From IMG/VR virus record IMGVR_UViG_3300044630_001263, positions 1 to 60,652 of that record: a DNA stretch of 60,652 nucleotides; one strand, written 5' to 3'. The DNA comes from a virus. Lineage: Duplodnaviria > Caudoviricetes. Shown one piece after another: positions 29,401 through 36,368 of the stretch. Positions within the stretch are counted from its first letter, which is position 1. Each line of letters opens with the position of its first letter. The translations under genes were made by a program, and so were the position numbers. The notes under the pieces are model-generated. The model did no database searches and was not told the DNA's origin. It was given only the letters and a program-made list of their open reading frames with translations.

Positions 29401-30338
29401 TTGCAGCCCCAGGAAGTGTAGGCAAGTCTCTTGCAGACCTTCGTGAGATGAAAGATCGACTCAAAGAACTTAATGTTAATATCGAAGACTTTGAAGAGCA
29501 ATTGTTTATGTCAGCTTTTGCTGGGGACAAAGCTCGTAAGGCTTTACCTGTTGTGTTGATTCAATCAGGTGACGCATTCCAAATGGCTTCTGCTATTGTG
29601 TATGCTAATCAAGATAACCCAGATAAAGAACCTTTGAATGTCTATAGTATTCATGATGCTACAGGTACAGCACCAGGATCTACATTGTTGATGTATAATG
29701 CTTACAATAATATTTCACCATATATTATGGCTAAGAATAGTAAGAATGTGTTACAAGATCTTGAACAATCTATGGTTGATGATTTCAAAAATGCAATTAC
29801 TGAAGTTAATAAGTCTGGTAAAGCAAACATAGGTACACTGGGTAAGTATAAAGCTATGGGTGGATACTTCGATAGAATGTATAACTCCTTGTTTATGAGA
29901 TCTAGAGATGAACTTAGAGGTCGAGTTGATTTAGATCCAGACTATACCAAGATATCTAAAGAATATAACAAAGCAGTTATTGATTTAGCAATTTCATTTG
30001 GATGGTTACCTCCAGTTAATAGGAATGAGAAAAAGAAACCTAATAACATTGTTACACCACAACAATTTGCTTTGTTGTCTAGATTAGCTATAACACATGC
30101 TGGCTGGAATGAAAATAATCAAAGTACATTCCCTTCATTAGATAAATTAGTTGAACAACATAACCAAAAAGTTTCTGATTTTAATAAAGCTAATAGGAAA
30201 AATGCTGCAGTTAAACCTAAAAGATATTTTAAAATGGATTCAAGAAACCGTTATAAGTTTGAAAAGTTTATTGCTAACAATGAAACATTTGTTAAAGAAA
30301 TGGCTTCTAATCAAAATCAAATTGTAAACGCTAAATAA
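26490..30338 (+). CDS. Putative virion-encapsidated single-subunit RNA polymerase (N4 vRNAP-like, compact)
   Basis: Ordered motifs STNRMFP, PIETDASQSN (motif A), KIYARGIVVAGLYG (motif B), LPVVLIQSGDA and YSIHDATGT (motif C); last gene of the ejection-protein block. Confidence 0.8.
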   Translation: MSLMNVRPRTGPLSGGEAEPALVPESVQRQIEVNPIPRSMELVQPEGTQIQYQSDMYQVPRYSVEEVPTGSDFGAGATSTTVPIDYASEVPVDIEEQGIRLAEPTSLPNFNTPDEAYETINKAIQDLGPVYSSFKVDTEKRKTWSGNDGNEAIALSKHSNDFAERLFNGEGIFGNENLSNLYQNDLGITEENSAALGGGLMLAATGALSNVKSRKYKDFIEDKKTGSIEPTYEDIIENPFNISKGMSNEERKEVYSEANQAIRSDPNSQPVMQSFVTDIQDRIGKNFSRPDTPGGSATPRKVSREIAAAEAYSLYDKGYIDIGKDKNGVYYPLLTAKGEDMLADTKHAAALYDVELRHMNVNEPLIRSQSTPPASFRFAGKQQMFAPNLKFKDNLGMDVIDAAIAIQAAVGFKVNPINLSLLEQMASSAYSVGPNLSPNLSTAVFSSSGNLINAGNNISSGNAGFVNQTFTVPFAYSDSPYSKTIADLSLGKVSEKVKELVASGMPQGKIAETVGDINTRKLQQVNKHLSDYLTSNLSKGIRFNMMQRSPSTNRMFPLATDINTTNHSGTIRPGVDFGLKLTSTIRGSLPDTFSRVKAIASKVYDTKNKSGIAVGESIHRALWALPKEDRVLLDAMYQISKFAQDFGFISFRNFRPTPKDYIEALTPDVLQKMAAFGTKFKSWSQGNLPKTNEQADLPPAFNNELKAFFEKKEWGPRIRNAIMASDIVNAAKAGGGVVTLDAPIETDASQSNAFIISMLIGDLKVANILGGYFGGDQNYADVRKEYKDLRNLVSSTVNTDIEDTLRGTDEAGKKEAFQNLMDEAKLMYGSEFDKIYARGIVVAGLYGKHPEYMFTEVETMLSKLAGLSDKLDNIEAMYPNRKEFLEDLCSIFSTSMRNHLKNLQGWQQVASSIASLKSAFNGSSRIKSFGNTYIDLGSSYATMVEDESNTIKNIMGLPDEVKNLSGRAYDIAAPGSVGKSLADLREMKDRLKELNVNIEDFEEQLFMSAFAGDKARKALPVVLIQSGDAFQMASAIVYANQDNPDKEPLNVYSIHDATGTAPGSTLLMYNAYNNISPYIMAKNSKNVLQDLEQSMVDDFKNAITEVNKSGKANIGTLGKYKAMGGYFDRMYNSLFMRSRDELRGRVDLDPDYTKISKEYNKAVIDLAISFGWLPPVNRNEKKKPNNIVTPQQFALLSRLAITHAGWNENNQSTFPSLDKLVEQHNQKVSDFNKANRKNAAVKPKRYFKMDSRNRYKFEKFIANNETFVKEMASNQNQIVNAK

Positions 30339-30340
30339 AC

Positions 30341-30391
30341 AAATAAAAAACCCCTACTAGGATTATTCCTAATAGGGGTTATTTTTTTTTT
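30341..30391. terminator. Bidirectional terminator where the two genome arms converge
   Basis: A run, AACCCCTACTAGGA-TTAT-TCCTAATAGGGGTT stem-loop, long T run. Confidence 0.9.
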
Positions 30392-30630
30392 TAATTTGGT
30401 GCTTTACTCTTAGCATCTTGGTAATGCTTATCAGCAATACTACGAGCTTGTCCGTCAGAATAACCTGCAGTAAGAAGGTCATTTATGTTTTCGTTTTTAA
30501 CTGCAAGCCTAATAGCTTCGTTAATCTTGGGTGTGTATGCCAACGATGTGTCAATACCATATCGATGACATAATTCCATATCATCGGTATCTCCACCTAG
30601 TTGAGCGTCATAGTTATAACTTGTTTTCAT
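30391..30630 (-). CDS. Hypothetical protein
   Basis: 79 aa; start overlaps the Dps stop. Confidence 0.65.
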   Translation of the reverse strand: MKTSYNYDAQLGGDTDDMELCHRYGIDTSLAYTPKINEAIRLAVKNENINDLLTAGYSDGQARSIADKHYQDAKSKAPN

Positions 30631-31061
30631 TTAAAGCTCTTTCCAAGAGTTGCTTTTACTTTCCAGTTCAGTTTAGACAAGTCTTTAAGGTAATCGCCAA
30701 CTAATGTAGCCAAACCACCTTCACTTGCCATGTCTGCGTCATCATAAAGCTTTTGTGCGTATTCAATTAGGCAATCAAAGTCTTTGTTAAGCCAACTAAA
30801 CATTTCCTTGCTTGTCTTTTCTGGGCTATCACATTCGACAATCTCAGTTAGACTAAGGATTTCTTTAAGAGAGCATGGTACTCCCTTATCCATCTGACGA
30901 ATCTGTTCACCAAGCATATCATGCTGTGCCCACAAGAAATCATAGATCTCTTTTAACAATTCATGGTCTTGAGCAAACATAGGACCTTCAACATTGAAGT
31001 GGTAACCATGTGACTTGTAGTATGTTACAAAATTATTAGCAAACAAATCTTGTAATTGCAT
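30627..31061 (-). CDS. dps: Dps/ferritin-like DNA-protection protein
   Basis: HGYHFNVEGPMFAQDHELL-EIY...HDMLGEQIRQ resembles the Dps HWNVxG..H...D..AER ferroxidase signature. Likely start is MQLQDL (144 aa). Confidence 0.8.
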   Translation of the reverse strand: MQLQDLFANNFVTYYKSHGYHFNVEGPMFAQDHELLKEIYDFLWAQHDMLGEQIRQMDKGVPCSLKEILSLTEIVECDSPEKTSKEMFSWLNKDFDCLIEYAQKLYDDADMASEGGLATLVGDYLKDLSKLNWKVKATLGKSFK

Positions 31062-31083
31062 ATGTAATGAATTAATATTTTTA

Positions 31084-31236
31084 TTACTCTTTGCTGTTGC
31101 TAGTGGTGGTGTCATTGCCATCTTGTTTTTCCTTTTCTTTTTCCTGACCTTCAGGTGGTTTCTTACCAAAGATCAAGTCATAATTGCTTTGGAACTTGTT
31201 TTCATCGGTTGGTCTACGACCACTACCCTTACCCAT
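31084..31236 (-). CDS. Small hypothetical protein (50 aa; not in ORF track)
   Basis: MGKGSGRRPTDENKFQSNYDLIFGKK...; fills the gap and overlaps the upstream stop. Confidence 0.6.
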   Translation of the reverse strand: MGKGSGRRPTDENKFQSNYDLIFGKKPPEGQEKEKEKQDGNDTTTSNSKE

Positions 31237-31441
31237 AATAGCCTTTACTAATATTTAACTCGTAGGATGCAACGTTTTCACCTAGGATATACTTACCCCA
31301 TACCTCAGGTAATTTTAAGCCCTGTAGCTCAATGTCGTACCAATAGGCTCTGTCATCATAGAGGGTTTCTTCAGGAGTTTTATAGTAGTCAGGACATAAA
31401 TCTTCGATATCATGTTTATTGATCATCATCGTCATCCTCAT
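31229..31441 (-). CDS. Hypothetical protein
   Basis: ORF packed between neighbours; exact start uncertain. Confidence 0.55.
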   Translation of the reverse strand: MRMTMMINKHDIEDLCPDYYKTPEETLYDDRAYWYDIELQGLKLPEVWGKYILGENVASYELNISKGYYG

Positions 31442-31754
31442 GTAATAGCGCTATTAAATCATTGTTTTTATTATTCTTTTTTAATTCGAAATAATATTCA
31501 GCATTTTTATCAATAAATTCTTTGAATAAAGTTAACTCTTTAATTAATAAATCAAGCTTAAAAGACTTTTCTTTTAATGTTTGTTGATTATATACGTGCA
31601 TATCTAATTCTACCTTACGATAGCAGTCAGATATACATATAGAACCATCCATTGAGTATGCAGAGATATCTACAGTTGCTTCTATTAATGCTGTACCTTT
31701 ACCCTTATTAAGGAACTTCCTTGAATAATATCTTGGGTGTTTTTGTTTAGCCAT
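31416..31754 (-). CDS. Hypothetical protein
   Basis: 112 aa with AAGGA RBS. Confidence 0.65.
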   Translation of the reverse strand: MAKQKHPRYYSRKFLNKGKGTALIEATVDISAYSMDGSICISDCYRKVELDMHVYNQQTLKEKSFKLDLLIKELTLFKEFIDKNAEYYFELKKNNKNNDLIALLHEDDDDDQ

Positions 31755-31770
31755 TTTGTGTCCTTGATTA

Positions 31771-31843
31771 GTCGGTAGTAGTGGGATTCGAACACCACAT
31801 TCCAGAGATAACGTCTGATTTTAACCATTTAAAATATACTACC
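31771..31843 (-). tRNA. Degenerate tRNA-like gene, anticodon unresolved (loop CGTTATC)
   Basis: Acceptor GGTAGTA/TACTACC, D arm TTTT/AAAA with GG loop, TCAGA/TCTGG anticodon stem, GTTCGAAT T loop with a bulged T stem. Confidence 0.6.
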
Positions 31844-31851
31844 TTTTTTTT

Positions 31852-31916
31852 TGTGACCCTGTAACGGTAGAGTCAGACCGAGTTCTGTGACTCCGTAACG
31901 GTAGAGTCGGACCGAG
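31852..31916. repeat. Tandem 31-bp direct repeat (2 copies, 34-bp period, 28/31 identical) between the tRNAs
   Basis: TGTGACCCTGTAACGGTAGAGTCAGACCGAG at 31852-31882 and TGTGACTCCGTAACGGTAGAGTCGGACCGAG at 31886-31916. Confidence 0.9.
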
Positions 31917-31990
31917 GGTTGCGGAGAAAGGAGTCGCACCTCTGACCTCTGGATTATGAGTCCAGCGCTCTTCTACTGAGCTACTCCGCT
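31917..31990 (-). tRNA. tRNA with CAT anticodon (Met, possibly initiator-like)
   Basis: AGCGGAG TA GCTC AGTAGAA GAGC G CTGGA CTCATAA TCCAG AGGTC AGAGG TGCGACT CCTTT CTCCGCA ACC; 1:72 mismatch. Confidence 0.85.
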
Positions 31991-31993
31991 TTT

Positions 31994-32011
31994 CTATTAG
32001 GTACCTGCTAA
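31994..32011 (-). promoter_or_regulatory. Putative phage RNAP promoter, copy 2
   Basis: TTAGCAGGTACCTAATAG on the minus strand, 3 nt upstream of the tRNA-CAT 5' end. Confidence 0.7.
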
Positions 32012-32251
32012 GAAAGGTTTAACCTTAGTAGGTGTAAAGCCTACAGAAGTCCTAAGTATTTGATCATTATCATCAACCATAATCATAGTAGGTACTGTGC
32101 GTATACCATAGTATGCTACTGAGTCTTTGTTGCTTTCAATAGGCATACTTACAAGTTCAATCTCAGGATATTCTAACAGAGCTTCTGCTAAAAACACATC
32201 TAATTGCTTACATGGTTGACACCATGCTGCAGAAAATTTAAGTAACTTCAA
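31997..32251 (-). CDS. Thioredoxin
   Basis: WCQPC active site and VPT cis-Pro motif; adjacent to RNR. Confidence 0.9.
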   Translation of the reverse strand: MKLLKFSAAWCQPCKQLDVFLAEALLEYPEIELVSMPIESNKDSVAYYGIRTVPTMIMVDDNDQILRTSVGFTPTKVKPFLAGT

Positions 32252-34125
32252 ATCTCACACCCTCCAGCTGTACAAGCAAGTGTCTGAGCACCTTCTACAT
32301 TGTCACGGTCTTCCACAAATAAATCCCAATCAATGCTAGGTAAGGTATCAGACAGACGATGGTAGACCGATAAGTCAATGTTCTCATAAGGAGCTTGCCT
32401 GTAAGTACCCCCATCATCAGGTAAGAAGCTGATTCCAGTACATTCATCAAAGTGTTCATATACCCATGCTCCTACTTCCATCCATTCGTGATCTTTAACT
32501 GAGATAGTTACTGAGGGTTTATGCTCACACCAGTGGCGTTGATAAGCTAACCAGATATTCAAGTGTTCAATAGCATTAAGATCTTCACGAGTAAATCCTG
32601 GTGAGTGCTGAGGGAAACTAAACACAGATGTCTGGTCAGGCTTCATAACGCAGTCTTCATTAGGGATACCCTGAGAGATCAAGAACTGAGTCAATGGATC
32701 TTTCTTATCCTGACGAATACGTCTGATATAGTATGGTGCATGACCTGCGTGGATACCACTTGATGTCTGTGTGAGTTGTGACACAGTACCCTCAGGCTTA
32801 ACACAAGTAATAGCGGCTGACTCAGGAATACCCAAGATAGCTGCCCACTCTTTGTTAGTCTCACGGGATACATCACGGAGTGTCTCAAGGATTTCCCGAA
32901 GTGAGAAGTGTGTGCTACCACGGAGGTAAGGGTTATCAAGGATACCAGTCATAGACACACCCAAGAGACGTTCTTGGTTAGTGTTTGTACGCCATACATC
33001 ACGGAGGTAAGGGAAGTCAGTCAGTGTAGACTGCATAGTACCCATGATAGTAGCCAAGCGAACCTTAGTCTTTAGTGATTCAATATTATCTTCAGGAGAC
33101 ACAACTACTGTAGACAAGTTACAGAACTGGTATGGCTTAAGGATAATCTCTGAGCATGGGTTAGTACCGTAGTCTACCTTAGGATCTCTACGACCCCACT
33201 TAGCGGCTTGTACTTGAGAGGCTTCACGGTTGAAGATACCACGTTCACCTGAGTGACTGTTATAGATATCCAACCATTCCTTCATGAACTCACCGATAGA
33301 AGGTTTACTGTTGTATACAGCAGAGTTGTTAGCCAAAGCACGTTCACCATGGTTTTCCCACCATGCACCCGCCTTAGCTGTAGCGTGGTCATAGTCACCC
33401 AAGTCACCCAATGAAATCATCGCTGACCTACGTACACCACCCACAACGACTACCTCACCGATCTTACACATGATATCGTGGGCTTCAATAGACTTAAGCT
33501 TACGACCTTGAGCAGCCTTAAACTTATCTACTGTATACTGGAACAAGTCTACAAGTGGACCAGGACCTGAGGCACGACCACCGAATGTCTTAAGTGGAGC
33601 ACCTGCTGGACGTACTTGAGAAACATCCCATGTTGGGATAATACCCTCATACAACATTCCAATAAGCATTTTATAAGCTTCACACCAACCTTCTTTGGAG
33701 TCAGCTACCACAATATTGTAGCTAGTAGATTCAGTCATTGTAGGTACAACAGGCAACTGGTTAACATACTGTTGTTCACAAGAGAAACCTACTCCTGTAC
33801 CACACAAGAGGATATACATGGCTTCATCAAAGCATCGTTGGTTATCAACAGGCAAGTAGCTACAGTTATATGCGGCTACGTGTGTACGCTTAAGAGCCTC
33901 ACCAGCAGTCATAATAGACCGCATAGAGGGAAGCACTGAAAGGTCATTAATATTACTACCTAAAAGACTCCAGATAGAGTCATCTTTATTAATTTTATCT
34001 TTAAGTTGTTCTTGAAAGAATGCTACCCAACGGGCAGAAGTTTCATCCCAATTCTCTCTACGCTTTTCCTCAGGGAGGTAGCGAGCGTAACGAGATTTAG
34101 CGATTAGTTGTTGATATGAGTTCAT
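32248..34125 (-). CDS. nrdJ: Class II (adenosylcobalamin-dependent) ribonucleotide reductase
   Basis: YNC, GTGVG, GGVRRSA, TNPCSEI, CNL, TCVKPEGTVSQL and C-terminal ACTAGGCEI; no beta-subunit gene nearby. Confidence 0.92.
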   Translation of the reverse strand: MNSYQQLIAKSRYARYLPEEKRRENWDETSARWVAFFQEQLKDKINKDDSIWSLLGSNINDLSVLPSMRSIMTAGEALKRTHVAAYNCSYLPVDNQRCFDEAMYILLCGTGVGFSCEQQYVNQLPVVPTMTESTSYNIVVADSKEGWCEAYKMLIGMLYEGIIPTWDVSQVRPAGAPLKTFGGRASGPGPLVDLFQYTVDKFKAAQGRKLKSIEAHDIMCKIGEVVVVGGVRRSAMISLGDLGDYDHATAKAGAWWENHGERALANNSAVYNSKPSIGEFMKEWLDIYNSHSGERGIFNREASQVQAAKWGRRDPKVDYGTNPCSEIILKPYQFCNLSTVVVSPEDNIESLKTKVRLATIMGTMQSTLTDFPYLRDVWRTNTNQERLLGVSMTGILDNPYLRGSTHFSLREILETLRDVSRETNKEWAAILGIPESAAITCVKPEGTVSQLTQTSSGIHAGHAPYYIRRIRQDKKDPLTQFLISQGIPNEDCVMKPDQTSVFSFPQHSPGFTREDLNAIEHLNIWLAYQRHWCEHKPSVTISVKDHEWMEVGAWVYEHFDECTGISFLPDDGGTYRQAPYENIDLSVYHRLSDTLPSIDWDLFVEDRDNVEGAQTLACTAGGCEI

Positions 34126-34152
34126 GTGTTCCTTGTTGTTGATTGTTGTCTG

Positions 34153-34170
34153 GTATTAGGTACCGTCTAG
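34153..34170 (-). promoter_or_regulatory. Putative phage RNAP promoter, copy 3
   Basis: CTAGACGGTACCTAATAC on the minus strand, between the RNAP and nrdJ genes. Confidence 0.7.
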
Positions 34171-36368
34171 CAGAAAAAGTATTTAGATTCCATAACCTCA
34201 CTGAGTACTAGGTTACCCAGTTCAGGTTGGCTGAAGGTGAATGTATCCTTATTATCCATAAGGGTATCTTGAATGATGTTAAAGAAGTTTTCTACATCAT
34301 ACTGTGCGATGAAAGTCATCTTAGTTACTTCCTGAAGGAAATCAACTTCATCCGCATGTGTACTGAAGCTATCATGGACTGCTCCAAAAGAACCGTTAAA
34401 GCTAACGATAGTGTTTGCCATGTGAGCAGCATCATATGAGTGAACAACGTTAGGGCTGATACCAGAAGCAAAGGAGCGTCTACAAGGAACACGTTCCCCA
34501 GTCTCCTTGTTAAGTACGTCAACCTTAATAACGTGCATGACGCGTCCGTCTTTATTTCCTTGGATACCTTTAATAGTTCCTCTTTGTTTCCGTTCATGCT
34601 GGAGGTAAGCCTTGTATACCACAGGGAACCCTGATGGGGTTGTCCATGTAAGTTGGTTTTTTCCTGAATTGAGTTCATGTTCAGCTATCTTCTGTAAATA
34701 CTTGGTTGTCTTAAGTGGTCCTGCACAGACCGTGTTAATGGCTTTGATTAGGTTACCTGCTAAGATATCACACTGTTCTTCAGTGATGTTATACTTAACA
34801 GTGAAACCTTCTACGTGGCAGTCGTCATACATATTCTTTGCGATACGTAACTTACCTGCACTGTATGCACGAGTCATTGAGCCTCGTTTAGCAATGCCTT
34901 TACGGATATGTTTCATAGGCATATCCTTAGCTTCGAAGTACTCAGGCATAATACTAATGAGTTCTTTAGCTACAGCTACATAGAAGTCTTTCTGGATAGG
35001 TGTAGGAACAAGTGACACCAGTGTACCAGCTTGTTTATCCTTAGACATAGCCGCTAAGTGTTGCCACCCGTTATTAGAACCGTCAATAGGTATAGGTAGA
35101 CCAGACATAAAGTCTTTCTTCTCCATTGATGCTCTCTTGTATCCTAACAGTTCATTACAGCAAGCTAAGAAGCTATAAGCTTTCTCTGCATCCTGATGAA
35201 TAGTCTTCATACGAGCAGTCTCATAGATAAACCCTATGTTGTTATCTACCCATGCAACCCTGTCTTCCAGTGTCATCTTATCTACAGAGATAGTGTCTAA
35301 GCCTTCACCCTCAAGGTAAGTCTTGTAGTCTGTCTGGAAGTATTTAGGTATCTCATTGATATTAAAAGACTTATTATAGCAAGCTGCTGCATGGACTTTG
35401 ATCCAGAACAAACCACGTTCAGTAACCTTCTTCTTATTAGCAAACAAGAATAAGCTACGAGCTAAGTCACTACCTTGGAACTCTAGGAATGATTCTGCAT
35501 AGTACACTCTACCACGGTAGTCACATGAAACTTCCTGATAAAATGTTCTTTCATTAATCAATTCTGCTTTCTTAAGTACCTGCATATACTCAAAGTATTT
35601 ACTGAGCATACGCTGTAGCTTAGGATCTTTCTTACCAAGGAACTTAGTACCGTCTGTATGGAACAGTTTCTTAGGTAACTCTAAGTTCTCATGGTGTATG
35701 TTGTACTCTCTGACAACACCATCTTCATCAACTAACTCAAGGATTTCCTTAGGAGTTTGTGCTTGCATAGCTGATAATACAGGTGTATTAAGCTTCCAAG
35801 GTTGTTGACGTAATGTTTCAAGAGACCGTACAAAGGTTTTATTAAGGTTCTCATGGAACAACTTAGAGTTAGTCCAGCCTTTAATAAAGGGTTCTTTAGT
35901 TAATGGACTATAGAGTCCAGCAATAGGTAACAAAGGTTCAAACGAAGTACCTATTAAGGTAGGCTTGATATCATCTGCTTGGTTAACAATGCGCACCATG
36001 TATGGGGCTTTGTAACCAGCATACTCTCTGAAGATATCAATCAGTCCGTCTTGGAGGAAAGTTTCAAGCAGTAAGTCTCCAAGAGATAAAGTTGTTTTGA
36101 TGTCTGTCTCATCAGCTCCGATAGCTCTTGCAATTCTTTTTCCGATAAGGTCAGATGCGAAAGTGAGTTTAACAGAGGCAGAATGCGTTGCATTTTTATT
36201 TCGGATACAGTAACGAAGTAATGTATCCCACGACTCGTTAATAAAGCGTTCAAGTTCGTATTCCCATGTTGGATAGTGTGCTAGAAGGCGAGCACCCTCA
36301 TTGTAAATCTTATCTGAGTTGATAACAACCTTCGATACACGTTCAGTAAGATAGTTTAATGGATTCAT
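34167..36368 (-). CDS. T7-family single-subunit DNA-directed RNA polymerase (short N terminus)
   Basis: DYRGRVY, QGSDLAR, DGSNNGWQH (A), RKGIAKRGSMTRAYS (B), PNVVHSYDA, VHDSF (C) and C-terminal SKYFFC. Confidence 0.95.
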   Translation of the reverse strand: MNPLNYLTERVSKVVINSDKIYNEGARLLAHYPTWEYELERFINESWDTLLRYCIRNKNATHSASVKLTFASDLIGKRIARAIGADETDIKTTLSLGDLLLETFLQDGLIDIFREYAGYKAPYMVRIVNQADDIKPTLIGTSFEPLLPIAGLYSPLTKEPFIKGWTNSKLFHENLNKTFVRSLETLRQQPWKLNTPVLSAMQAQTPKEILELVDEDGVVREYNIHHENLELPKKLFHTDGTKFLGKKDPKLQRMLSKYFEYMQVLKKAELINERTFYQEVSCDYRGRVYYAESFLEFQGSDLARSLFLFANKKKVTERGLFWIKVHAAACYNKSFNINEIPKYFQTDYKTYLEGEGLDTISVDKMTLEDRVAWVDNNIGFIYETARMKTIHQDAEKAYSFLACCNELLGYKRASMEKKDFMSGLPIPIDGSNNGWQHLAAMSKDKQAGTLVSLVPTPIQKDFYVAVAKELISIMPEYFEAKDMPMKHIRKGIAKRGSMTRAYSAGKLRIAKNMYDDCHVEGFTVKYNITEEQCDILAGNLIKAINTVCAGPLKTTKYLQKIAEHELNSGKNQLTWTTPSGFPVVYKAYLQHERKQRGTIKGIQGNKDGRVMHVIKVDVLNKETGERVPCRRSFASGISPNVVHSYDAAHMANTIVSFNGSFGAVHDSFSTHADEVDFLQEVTKMTFIAQYDVENFFNIIQDTLMDNKDTFTFSQPELGNLVLSEVMESKYFFC

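Noticed and set aside
31062-31169. Basic N-terminal extension of Dps given in the ORF track
   Set aside because: It overlaps a better 50-aa gene in another frame; a start at 31061 gives a typical Dps length.
31768-31785. TTAGTCGGTAGTAGTGGG as a seventh promoter copy
   Set aside because: The 3' half does not match, it faces against the local genes, and it is explained by the tRNA-like acceptor stem.
31771-31843. Stop-codon reassignment via an ochre suppressor tRNA
   Set aside because: Core genes are intact in the standard code, many end in TAA, and the anticodon loop is non-canonical.
31852-31916. Mini CRISPR array
   Set aside because: Only two copies separated by 3 nt, with no spacer and no cas genes.
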